A DNA stretch of 64,000 nt from Octopus sinensis (lineage: Eukaryota). The DNA lies in assembly GCF_006345805.1 (NCBI RefSeq), contig NC_043010.1, forward strand, positions 6,696,001 to 6,760,000, in the 5' to 3' direction. Positions 51,480-63,514 of the stretch are shown here, piece by piece. The notes beneath the pieces were generated by a model, which saw nothing but the letters and a program-made list of their open reading frames with translations, did not search any database and had not been told where the DNA came from. The position numbers and the translations under genes were made by a program. The first letter of the stretch is position 1. Each line of letters starts with the position of its first letter.

Positions 51480-51790
51480 CACCATATTCGCCAGACATTG
51501 CCACACTTGATTATCATTTATTTTGCAGTCTTCAAAATGTTTTGGGCAGAAAAAATATGAATTCTGTAGATGAGGTCAGAACAGTACTGGAGGAATATTT
51601 TCCCTCACGGACAAGTGAATTTTTGAAGAAGGGCCTTGCAAGTCTACAAGATAGCTGAAAGAGCATTGTAGAAAATGAAGAAGAGTATATTTTAGATTTA
51701 AAAAAAAAATAACAACAACTTTGTTTATCTTAATTTTGAAAAATAAAATAAATATGAAGAACTGCATTATTTATGGGATGACACAAAATA
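51480..51790 (+). pseudogene. Mariner (DD34D-type) transposase C-terminal relic with right TIR
   Basis: PYSPDIATLDYHLFCSLQNVLGRK...EYF...EEYILD matches the YSPDLAP(S)DYHLF motif; TIR-like attatttatgggatgacac follows. Confidence 0.8.
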
Positions 51791-51829
51791 TATATCTATA
51801 TGTTAGCTAGTTAGTTTGTTAATTTTTGC

Positions 51830-52205
51830 CTCAAACAGCAAAAAGCAAGGCCATGTAGGGGGACATGGAGTTATGTACAGGGTGGTGTTCATGTAAAGAG
51901 TTCAGGCCACTTGTGGTCAAGGGAGACTTTGAACCGAGCGGTCGTCAGCATCTTCACTATCTCGTCCGGCAGCTTATTCCACGGATCCGCAACCGGGACG
52001 GAGAAAGCCCCTATCCTTCGATTGAGATGAAATCTTCGCAGATAGAGCTTTTCGGAGTGACCCCGCAGTGGACACTCTGGAGCAGGAGTGAAGAACAGCT
52101 CTTTCAAGAGGTTACACTTTCCGCTTATGATGTTGTGAGCAAGAATGAGATCACCACGGCGTCGTCGTTTTTCTAGAGAATAATGGTCGAGCGTCTTCAG
52201 ATATG
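51830..52205 (-). mobile_element. CR1-type LINE 3' fragment
   Basis: YSLEKRRRRGDLI...RGHSEKL...WNKLP...FKVSLD motif. Confidence 0.85.
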
Positions 52206-52409
52206 TGTGTATCTTTGTGTTCATGTTTGTCCCCCACCATCACTTGATAACTGGCATTAGTGTGTTTGTATTACCATTACTTGGTAGTTCATCAAAAGAA
52301 CCCAATAGAATAATTACCAGGCTTAACAGAAAGTAAATACTGGGATCAATTCATTTGACTAAAAATTTAAGCTGGTGCATGTCTTACTTGCTAGTTGTTA
52401 GGGTGTTGT

Positions 52410-52795
52410 GGAGGCGCAATGGCCCAGTGGTTAGGGCAGTGGACTTGCGGTCATAGGATCACGGTTTCGATTCCCAGACCGGGCGTTGTGAGTGTTTATT
52501 GAGCAAAATCACCTAAAGCTCCACGAGGCTCCGGCGGGGGATGGTGGTGATCCTTACTGTACTCTTTCACCACAACTTTCTCTCACTCTTACTTCCTGTT
52601 TCTGTTGTACCTGTATTTCAAAGGACCGGCCTTGTTACTGTCTGTGTCATGCTGAATATCCCCGAGAACTACGTTAAGGGTACACGTGTCTGTGGAGTGC
52701 TCAGCCACTTACACGTTAATTTCACGAGCAGGCTGTTCCATTGATTCAGATCAACTGGAACCCTCATCGTCGTAACCGACGGAGTGCTTCCACAC
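52410..52795 (+). mobile_element. Young tRNA(Arg)-like SINE, tail type A, with 11-bp TSD, nested in an older SINE
   Basis: TSD tagggtgttgt at 52399-52409 and 52796-52806. Confidence 0.9.
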
Positions 52796-55018
52796 TAGGG
52801 TGTTGTACTCGTGAGTGTAAGACTGGGATTTCATTTCCTGGATGATGTAGTGCATTGTGTTCTTGAGCAAAACACTTCATTTTCCATTACTCAAGTTAGC
52901 TCAAACAGGCAAATACAAGTAATCCTTTTATGGAGCAGCATCCCATCCAAGGGAAGAATATATATATGCCACAGAATCTGGGAAACTGGCATTATGAGTC
53001 TATGGTTCAGGAAAGACCTTTGATATTTTTGATATAACAGTTAACAAAATATTTTGGAAGAAGATAAAAGTTCAATAAATTCAGTTAATGAGTAGCAAAC
53101 TTTCAGAAACTAATATCTCCTAATTAACCAAAATTAGAAAAGAAATGAACAAATATCATGTTTCTGAAACAATTTAAACTCTAACGAAGCAGGGTTTGAC
53201 TTTCTATATAAATTCATTAATTAAATAGTAAAATCTAAAACTATTCAAATCTTCATGAACAAAATGTTCTTCACCAAGAATACAGTAACCTTCATTTCAA
53301 AACAGGAATTTGTGTGGGAGAGAAACATACTTCTCATTGGTTTAGGGAAAAGTAATGCTCCATATTAAACACTATGTGAAAATGGGTATTAAATTCAATC
53401 AAAATCTAATTTGATCGTTTTTGCTATCATTAATGTTCCTAGTTTGGAATAGTTTTACAGCAATTTGCTTACAGGGAATTTCCCTGAAGGTATATATTTT
53501 CACAGAGGTGTAATTTGTCTTTTAGACATTCATCATGTTATATTTAAACTTCCTTTTTACGCCTACCTGTCAAGATGTTGGCGAGCTACATATGTTTTTG
53601 TGCTATCTAATAGGAAATGTTACCCATGACTTTTCTTCTTTATTGAAACTATTGTAAGATAAGAACATGTCTTACTGCAAACATTGTCTCATTTTTATTT
53701 TTTGACAGCTTCTTGATGAAGTATTCATTTTATCACAGCATACAATCATACACTAGATTCTAAATTTGGAACTCTCTTTACATGCTGAAATACAGCTTTA
53801 GCTAACAGATGACATTCTTGAAAATTCTGTGAACAAATTCTTTCAGAGTTATTCCAAAAATATGTTTTTAATTAAGCTATATTGAATCAGCAACAATAAA
53901 AAGTAAAAAAAAAAAGCAAGAAAGAAGCAATATACAAAACATTTAAAAGAAAACAGAAAGGAAAATTAAAGAATTGATAAAACAACAACTCAGAAATATA
54001 TAGCTAAACAGGAAATATTTCTTTTAACATCAATATATTTAACACAAATGAAAATTTACATTGTTCATGGTCGGCAATAAAAAAATTTGGTAGGAACATG
54101 CTCAAGTTCAAACACAAATAAACAATGGCTGACAATATCAGGCATTGGAAGTAAAAAATATATAATATTTCAAAATGAAATGAAGAGAGATGTATTACTG
54201 ATAATGTATCAAAATAAATCACGAAATAAAGGAATTTTTTCATAAAATGGTTAGGATTTAGATGTTTATTTTGAGAAATAAAGGATGAAATCAGTGTCGT
54301 AAAAAGTGACAAAGAGAATTGTCACTATAAATTATTAAAAAAAAAAAAAAAGAAAACTGAAGCATAATAAATATGAATCTTGTTGTTAAGGTAAAAACTT
54401 AGAAATATTTTCCAATGACTTTGTTTTGTTTTTTGTTTTTTGTTGCAGCAAGTTGCGATAAATTCCTCTATCACAACCATGCATTACTTCATACACAAGT
54501 CGTAAGTTTGTCAAAGTAGCTTGAATTGTTCATCCAATGAGTCGCGGACACAGAGATCTAGATCTTAAATGATCAGTATATTATTTGCATAATGGTTCCT
54601 TTTTGAAATGAACATGATATAGTTCTTTGGATTTTAAAAATTCTTTTTACATTATTTCTTTTTAAATACCCCACCCCCCCAATACACAAACCACCACCAT
54701 CAAATGCATTTTATGTTCTTTTTCTTTTTTTTCCCCTTCCTTTCTGTTTGCTATATTTAGCAAAGCCATTTTAGAAACAGAAATTTCACATTTATGTTTA
54801 ATTCATGGGACATTATAAGTTGTGTTATGATATTTCCAAACTACTTTATCATGTAATCTGTGAGAAATTCAACAACTCAGTAGTTTATGTATGAATGTAT
54901 AATTTTGTAAATACATACTTGCCATCAAGTGGTATTTAATATTTCATAAAACATCTGCTGTCACTGAAGTTTTTGCCTAATTTCCATGCCTCTGCGTAAA
55001 ATGTAACTTCGCCATACT

Positions 55019-55290
55019 CTATGCATACGATAATTTGGCTACTGATGGAAATGGCTTGGCATATGATGTGAAACTGTTTTTTTCTGGTAAATTCCAACAT
55101 TCTGAAGATGTATTCTGATTGTCGCTGTTTACAGAATTCTTTTTTAAATTATTAGTTTCATTTTTGTGGTCAACTTTTGTTTGATAAAAACATCTGGAAG
55201 AGGGTTTGATATCTACAGGTTTAGTTAGTACTTGTACTGGCCTGTTTTTGTCTGTGTTCTGAAGTTGTTTATATTTGCTAGAGTGGACAT
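55019..55290 (-). CDS. Pcdh: Protocadherin terminal coding exon 3 of PcdhA (phase 1 entry, 272 nt to TAG)
   Basis: Acceptor ttttcttttcctctttacag|AT joins the G of exon 2 to give Asp. Frame is open to ...CWNLPEKNSFTSYAKPFPSVAKLSYA*; the WNLP-NSFT-KP motif resembles cephalopod Pcdh C-termini (from recall). Confidence 0.75.
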
Positions 55291-55420
55291 CTGTAAAGAG
55301 GAAAAGAAAACATATAAAATAAGAAAATAACATTTACATCCATTAAACTAAGGTCATTTTTAAGATTGTAGTTTTTTGGACCATTAATCATACATTTAGA
55401 AATTTACAATATTTAGACCC

Positions 55421-55850
55421 ATAGGCATAGGAGTGGCTGTGTGGTAATAGGCGCAGGAGTGACTGTGTGGTAAGTAGCTTGCTAACCAACCACATGGTTC
55501 TGGGTTCAGTCCCACTGCGTGGCATCTTAGGCAAGTGTCTTCTGCTATAGTTCCGGGCTGACCAATGCCTTGTGAGTGGATTTGGTAGATGGAAACTGAA
55601 AGAAGCCTGTCATATATATATATATGTATGTGTGTGTGTTTATGTGTCTGTGTTTGTCCCCCTAGCATTGCTTGACAACTGATGCCGGTGTGTTTACGTC
55701 CCTGTCACTTAGCAGTTCGGCAAAAAGAGACCGATAGAATAAGTACTGGGCTTACAAAGAATAAGTCCCGGGGTCGATTTGCTCGACTAAAGGCGGTGCT
55801 CCAGCATGGCCGCAGTCAAATGACTGAAACAAATAAAAAAATAAAAAAAT
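55421..55850 (+). mobile_element. Family-1 SINE in PcdhA intron 2, with a duplicated 26-nt head
   Basis: taggc..aggagtg(g/a)ctgtgtggtaa occurs twice, then the full element; it starts 130 nt from the exon-3 acceptor. Confidence 0.9.
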
Positions 55851-55899
55851 ATATACTCATAGATATACACTCCATTCATAGACTCCTTCTACTGTTCAC

Positions 55900-56370
55900 A
55901 GCCTCCATACCTACAAGTATGCTGTCTCCTTTCTCTGTTTTTTTTCTGTAGTAATTATAATGGCCTCTGTTCCTCGGAGCTGGTTTGTCACATGCTTCTT
56001 CCACTTAGGTACTCCTGAGCCACTCGTCTCTCTACTTCACACCCCACTTGCGTTTACCCACAAGCTCCCAGTTAACCCCTATGCTCAGTCCTTCCTCATA
56101 ATATTATCATTTGTCTGGAATTTCTTGCCATCCTTTGACTTCCTTCCCAATATTGACTTGTAACAGTTTAAACTAAACCTTAACAACATCAGGCTCACCA
56201 GTTGTGCAATTAGTGAGCTTCTTGAGACAGCCCTCGAAATTAGTACCCACTCATCCAGATACTTTTATAGAGGCAACACTTTTGGGCAGCCCAAAAGTAC
56301 CACCTCTATAAAAGTATCTCCTGGGGTGGGCCATCTTCCTCACATTCCATCTGCATGATATGTTACTTTG
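55900..56370 (+). mobile_element. Decayed CR1/Jockey-group LINE 3' fragment
   Basis: NPYAQSFL...VWNFLP...DL*QFKLNLN resembles LINE RT C-terminal motifs. Confidence 0.5.
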
Positions 56371-58828
56371 CTGCCCTTTCTTCCTTACTAAGCAATTAAA
56401 AAAATAAAATAAAATATACCACATTTAAATTTGTTCAATTTCTGATTGTCATCAAGGATTTTATTCCTAGATGAAATTAATTGACATAAATTGCTCAAGT
56501 TTTATGTCTTTGTCTCATAAAGAGAAACTTTTTGGCCAGATAAATTTGAAGACTTCATTTTTACTGAATTGCCAGTTGGTTTTGTTAAATTTTATTTTGT
56601 TCAATCCCTGGTAGGTCAATAGATGTTGTATTACTCATTATATTCACATAGTTTTAGATTCAATTAAAAATAGTCCAGAAAACTATAATCATAACAACAC
56701 CAACTCACCTCAGATATTTAGACACTAGAGGTTAAATTTATAGAAAATAACAAAACATGTTGATAACATTGTTGACTTAAAGTCAGCTTACCATTTCCAA
56801 TCCATTGGTTGATTTTTGAAAATTTTAGTTATAGTGAAATATATGATTCTGTCCAGTAACTGAAAATACAGCTGTGCTGTGAAATATTTAACTGTTGGGG
56901 GTAGTAAATACAATTTCAATTCCTATAAAACAACATTGACCTGTGTAATTTTTAACTGCAGGAGATAATTACACTATATTTCATATATTTGTATATTTTT
57001 ACATTGATTTTTCTTGACTTAATAAAGATAATTTTTTTATTCCAAAATTGGAAGCTTGTAATTCAATCTCAGGATATGTGTTGTTTATTTTGTACAAGTT
57101 TATAATGTCAGAAAGCAAAGAAAACCTTGTATTTGAACCCATACTATAAGGCACTTAACTAAATAAATTTATATGATTTTTCTGTTGCAATCATTTTCTT
57201 GTCTTCCAATAAATACTTATATTAAAATTTAACCTCTTTTAATGAACTGACATCGTTCATTTCAACATTTAGAGTTCAATAATTTAATGTTTCATAACAT
57301 GGCTCACCTAAGTCAGACGTAAACATTTCTTATTTTCGTTTGGTTTTGTTTTCCATTTCTTGTTTTTTTTCTTTAACTAATAATCATCTTTTCTTAATCA
57401 ACAAAGAGAATGTTTTAGAAAGTTTATTTGATTTTAAGATAACCTATTTTTTAGCTTAAGCATAGCTAATGACTTCACATCTACACTGCATCTTATCACT
57501 TTTTGAACCATTTAATAATCATCCATTTGTTTAATGTCTGATATTTTTACACTAGCATGGTTAAGACAGGGCAGATATTGAAGTTGCATTTTTATGGCCA
57601 GATGCTCTTTTTGTTACCAACTCTTCCCTCTTTTCCAAGTAAGGGGTTCTTTGTTCCATCAAAATTTGAAAGCACAGAGCAATTGTGGTTTGTTGACAAA
57701 AAATGTCAACAAAAGTCTTTGCTGTAACCCAGCCACAATGTCACTGCTTGCAGCTGAGCTGCAAACAGTGATGAGATCACAAGATATGACCAAAGCTCAG
57801 AATAGACAGTAAGCATTTTCACACACACACACAAATTTCTTATGACCCTGCTCTACTTGTTTTTAGCAAACGTTATGGCCTTTGGTCAATACTGACGCAT
57901 TATTAAATACTGAAATTTTGTAAGAAATTTTGTGTCAAATTAATTCCAATATAGTTACATATGATTTATTTTGTCAAAGTTTTAAGGAAGAGGACAATAA
58001 ATTAATCAAAAATTTTTAGGGACAAAAATGTGTAATCAATCCCAACTGAACCCAGAAGTAAGTAATACCAAATTAGCTTAAACAATACAGCATATAACTG
58101 CATCAAATTTTAGTTCCACTATATTATAACCATCATCATCATCTCTTAGATATCCTTCCTTTATCTAATCTAGTTTTTGCATTCCTTTAGAAATGCTTGG
58201 TCCTCTCTGTTCCAAATACTTAGCTACTGTCATCTTTGTGTAGCTTCTTATATCTTTCCTATGTTACAGAATTTTCAAGAATAAAAACACATAATAAGAA
58301 AAAGTAAACAAAGCAATGAAATTATAGAGAATGTTGGAGGGAAAAAAATGATGAAATAAAATACAATTTTTGAATTATTGCAAAAGGAAAAAAAAAAAAA
58401 TCATAAATCAATAAATCATAAAGGTTAATGTCATTATTATCCTTTAAAAAAATCTGAACAGTAGAAAGCAACAATGAAGTAGCTGGAACAATAACTGAAC
58501 TCTGATATTCAGGTACTTGGGTGGATTTTGCTTTTAAAATGGTTGGTTCCCATTAAAAAGCGACTACTATGCTGTTTAGTTTGATTCAGGAACTACAAAG
58601 CTGAACACTAAGGTTTTGCTAATGTTTACACTTGTCAAATATTATTGAAGAGATAATATATTATTTGGTATATTTGCTGTATTCTTGCAATAAGTTATAG
58701 TGATAATTTTTTCCATTATGAAAAAAATAGCACTTTTTTTTTTCAGTTTATTAAATTGATGTTTAGAAAACAGAAAATTTAAATCCTATTGCACTTCTAC
58801 CATTCTTAAGTTTCTTCTCTGTACATAC

Positions 58829-58991
58829 CTGGTAATTCTTCATAGAGTCCAGCATCTGCATCGCTCCAGTTCTGCCCATTATCAGCAGGAGGTGATTTTG
58901 TGGAAAGCTCATTGGAGCGGCCAAGGGATATAACTGTACACAGTTTATCAATTCTGCCATCAGATGTCATGGGTGTTTCTTTAATACACAT
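58829..58991 (-). CDS. Pcdh: Protocadherin cytoplasmic exon 2 of an upstream gene (PcdhA), 163 nt, phase 0 to phase 1
   Basis: Acceptor ttctgctgtacacag|ATG, donor CCAG|gtatgt, open frame MCIKETPMTSDGRIDKLCTVISLGRSNELSTKSPPADNGQNWSDADAGLYEELP-G. Entry phase matches the phase-0 donor of the PcdhB large exon; exit phase matches exon 55019-55290. Family assignment rests on recalled similarity of WS-D-G-YEELPG to cephalopod Pcdh tails. Confidence 0.75.
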
Positions 58992-59842
58992 CTGTGTACA
59001 GCAGAAGATAATCGTAAAAATCAAACTAAGTAATATTTAAATATGCGATTTGCTTTTATATTACTATATATGTTTACCTATTATTATTATTATTATTATT
59101 GTTATTATTATTATATATGTATATAATTATATATATAGATAGATACATATATAGACGTACATACATATATACATATATATATATACACATATACACACAC
59201 ACGTATATATCTATATATATATTTACATGCTTATGAATGTCTTTGCATATACATGTACATACACACATGAATCTATATATTTATATATATATATATATAT
59301 AAATAGACACACTCATACATGTGAATTTATATATATACGTGTTTGTATATATGTCCATGTATATATATGTACATACATATATACATAGATACATAGATAC
59401 ATATATATATATGTGTGTATATATATATATATGTATATATGTATATACATACATACACATATATATATATGATGTAGATTTAAAATATGCCAATATATAT
59501 CAACTCTACTAAACGCTTGATCATCATCATCTTTTGAATAATTAAATACATTATATAGTATGCATATGCACATATACATCCTTTGTTTGTCTATTGTTAA
59601 ACTTTTTTACTGCCTTCAGTTTTTGGACTGCAGCTATGGGGAGACAATACCTTGTAAGGTTTTAGCCAATTACATTGCTCTCCTCCCACTAAGTATCTAT
59701 TTGTGTTCATGGCCAATTTTATTCATCTCTATAAGTCAGACTATTATGTAACTTAACATAAAGGGACGGAACTTAACAAACACAAAATTCTACGTATTAC
59801 TGCAAACATACACATAGACACAAACGCAGTCATAGGCACACA

Positions 59843-59890
<48 letters not shown>

Positions 59891-59945
59891 ATATATATAT
59901 ATGTGTATGTATATATATATATATATATGTATGTATATGTATAGA

Positions 59946-59991
<46 letters not shown>

Positions 59992-60217
59992 ATATACAAA
60001 AATACACATGTGTATATAAATATTTATGTGTGTGTGTACACCACCGACCTCCTTCTTTACATTGGCATACAACCTGGAGCCATTTGGTTATGACTGAAAT
60101 TTTTAACTCTGCAACCATGCTCCTGCCTATTTTTATGCATACATACACACATACATATATATATATATATGTATATACACATAGGCATATATATATATGC
60201 ATATATATGCATATATA

Positions 60218-60256
<39 letters not shown>

Positions 60257-60978
60257 GTATAGATATATGTATATATATGTGTATATATATATACATATAT
60301 ATATACATGCACATGTACGTACATATATGTGCATGCATACACATATATAAATATATACAAATATTTATATGCATGCATATACAAATATGTATATATAAAC
60401 ACAAGGGCAAACAAATCATGAGAAAAATAATTCTCCAAAAATTAATTAACTAAGATCTAATTAATTTTGTTATTATCTGGAATGACTATTTTAAAAAATG
60501 ATAATAACAGACTCAATAATTGCTCGAAATACGGATTAGAAAAATAGCCGACAACTGATGAAGGGTCGGTCCTTGTGTTGCTTGTCTTGTTTTCCTTTTG
60601 TTTCTTTTGTTGTTTGCAAAAAATCCCTTATTCCATGTCCTTGTACTTCGTTTTTTTGTTGTTGTTTATGTTTTGTGACGTCCTGTGCCGACATATGCAT
60701 ATGTATATACATATACATGTATGTACGTATATATATGGGCATATATACATTGTTTGTATTATTATTATTATATATATATACACACACAGACACATATATA
60801 TGCATATATATATACATGCATATGTATGTCAATATATATGCACACGTTCACATAGACATGTTTAAGCACGTACATATATTTATATGTATATATATATATA
60901 CATATATATTCCAGAGTAAACACATAAATGCGAAACAAGGTGGAAAAAAAGAGTACCCAAAAACCAGTGGTAGAGTAA

Positions 60979-61140
60979 TATGCTTTATTTAAAGCAGCAG
61001 AAAATTCTACAAAACCTGTTACTCTGAGTTTCGTGTTGCCGTTCATCGGACAGCTTTTGCTAGCAAAAACTGTCCGATGAACGGCAATGTGAAACTCAGA
61101 GTAACAGGTTTTGTAGAATTTTCTGCTGCTTTAAATAAAG

Positions 61141-61144
<4 letters not shown>
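60979..61144. repeat. 166-bp loopless palindrome (centre 61061/61062) at the end of a Penelope-like terminal fragment (from about 60910)
   Basis: Position p pairs with 122123-p throughout, apart from 1 mismatch and 4 G-T pairs. Confidence 0.95.
61070..61107 (+). ncRNA. Minimal type I hammerhead ribozyme motif, U4C variant (mirror copy on the minus strand at 61016-61053)
   Basis: CTGT-CCGATGA-ACG.GCAA.TGT-GAA-ACTC.A.GAGT-A-ACAG: helix I CTGT/ACAG, helix II with GNRA loop, palindromic helix III, GUA cleavage triplet. Confidence 0.7.
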
Positions 61145-61180
<36 letters not shown>

Positions 61181-61752
61181 GGAAAGCACTTGACATAGTA
61201 CCAGCAAGATAAAGAAAGAAGTACTCATTATTAAAAAAAGTATGTTTAATGTTAGATTTTTACTAGAAGCTGAAATATTTTACTTATAGTCCGCTGAGCT
61301 TCAAGATATCAATTTTCAATTATCAATCAAGAAATAATGTAAATGGAACAAAATAGAAGTAGTTAGAGACTGTTAAAAACAAATTAATATCTGTCATTAA
61401 TTGCATGAAGCTTGTCACAGTTTTGGAGTTAAAGGATATTATTGGTTAAGCTGTTTGAAATTTTACTCAAATCTCACCAATTCAAAAGACTGGAAACAAT
61501 AAATGCAGAAAAATTATTAATAAATAATTAATTTCCAAATCTGCATCAAGCTTTGTTCCATCAAAGTATGATATTTGTTTTTGATTGCTACAGAATTGGT
61601 GCATGAATGTACAGAAGCTCAGCGGTAAGGCAGTGCAAAATTATGTCTTGTAGCTTATTATGTCTGTTAATTAAGGTAAAAAGACACAAAAATTATTTTA
61701 CCTCTGGATACTTAAAATACTTGCTATGTCATCAGATAAAATTATTCATATT

Positions 61753-62114
61753 TACTCGTTTACTTGTTTCAGTCATTTGACTGTGGCCATGCTGGAGCAC
61801 TGCCTTTTTAGTTGAGCAAATCGACCCTAGGACTTATTCTTTGTAAGCCTAGTACTTATTCTATCGGTCTCTTTTGCCGAACCGCTAAGTAAAGGGGACA
61901 TAAACACACCAGCATTGGTTGTCAAGCAATGTTGGGTGGGGGGGACAAACACAGACACAAAAACACACACACACACATATATATACATATATATATATAC
62001 GACGGGCGTCTTTCAGTTTCCGTCTACCAAATCCACTCACCAAAGCCCGAGGCTATAGTAGAAGACACTTGCCCAAGGTGCTACACAGTGGGACTGAACC
62101 CGGAACCATGTGGT
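61753..62114 (-). mobile_element. Family-1 SINE in PcdhA intron 1 (head slightly truncated)
   Basis: Reverse complement of the 55421 copy. Confidence 0.9.
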
Positions 62115-62196
62115 ACTGCATCGTTAATTTTTTTGTATGAAGATTATGAATGTAAAACCCTAATATTTTTAAAAGTTGCTCAACTTCCAATAAAAA

Positions 62197-62242
<46 letters not shown>

Positions 62243-62471
62243 GCATCCAGTTGTAAAAACATTGCCAACACTGACCTCGCCTATGCTTGTGGCATGTAAA
62301 ATGCACTAAGTCCATTCTCCTGAATGGGTCATGTAAGGAAGGGCATCCAACTATAAAAAGCCTGCCAAAACAGTCATAGAAGTCTGGTGAAGGTTTTTAC
62401 CTGGTCAGCTCATGTCAAACTGTCCCACCCATGCTAGTATGGAAAGCAGACGTTAAACGTTGATGATGATG

Positions 62472-62515
<44 letters not shown>

Positions 62516-62655
62516 ATAATAATAAATAATTTGGACAAATAAGTATAAGTCGATTAGTATGTTTAAATATTGCACCCAATAAAGATTTAATACTGAATCC
62601 ATCTGTTAATTAATATATATATATATGCATATATATATACAGTCATATATATACA

Positions 62656-62702
<47 letters not shown>

Positions 62703-62705
62703 TGA

Positions 62706-62737
<32 letters not shown>

Positions 62738-63125
62738 CATACACACACACATTTTATATGTTGTTAGCAGGACAAAACAAAAGCAAAAACCAATTGCCTT
62801 TGGGCACTGTACATCATATTACACTTTTAAACTCCACCTATAGTTGCAGATTGATTTCAACTTTTGAAACAAAGCCAACAAGATCAAGGAGTTGATTACA
62901 TCATCTCCAGTGCTCAACAGGTACTCATTTTATCAACCCCAAAAGGATGAAAAACAAAGCAGAACTTGGTAAAATTTGAACCCAGAATGTAAAGACGGAC
63001 AAAATTCCACTAAAAATTTTGCCCAGCATGTCAACGACTCTGCCAGATCGCTACTCATCTATAGATGCATAGAAAGATGCTCAGCTGCATCTGTTGATGT
63101 ACAAGCTCATATAATTATCGATAAA

Positions 63126-63514
63126 TAGGCCCAGGCATTGGCTGTGCGATAAGAAGTTTGCTTCCTAGCCACATGGTTTTAGGTTCAGTCCCACCGAGGG
63201 GCACCTTGGGTAAATGTCTTCAACTGTCTTAGGATGACCGAAGGCTTGTGAGTGGATTTGGTAGAGGGAAACTTAAAGAAGATTGTCATGTATATGTGTG
63301 TGTGTGTGTCTGAGGATGTACCCCCACCACTGCTTGACAACTGGTGTTGTGTTTACATCACTGTAACTTAGCAGTTTGGCAAAAGTAGCCAATAGAATAA
63401 GTAACAGGCTTCAGAAAAAAAAAGAAGTCCTGGGGTCAATTCATTTGACTAAAACTTTTTCAAGGCAGTGCCCTAGCATGGCTGCAGTCTATTGACTGAA
63501 TCAAGATAAAAGAT
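63126..63514 (+). mobile_element. Diverged family-1 SINE
   Basis: Head, internal TG run and 3' half are recognisable. Confidence 0.8.

Noticed and set aside
60530-60580. Hammerhead at caaCTGATGAagggtcgg
   Set aside because: No downstream GAAA or helix III; at most a truncated remnant.
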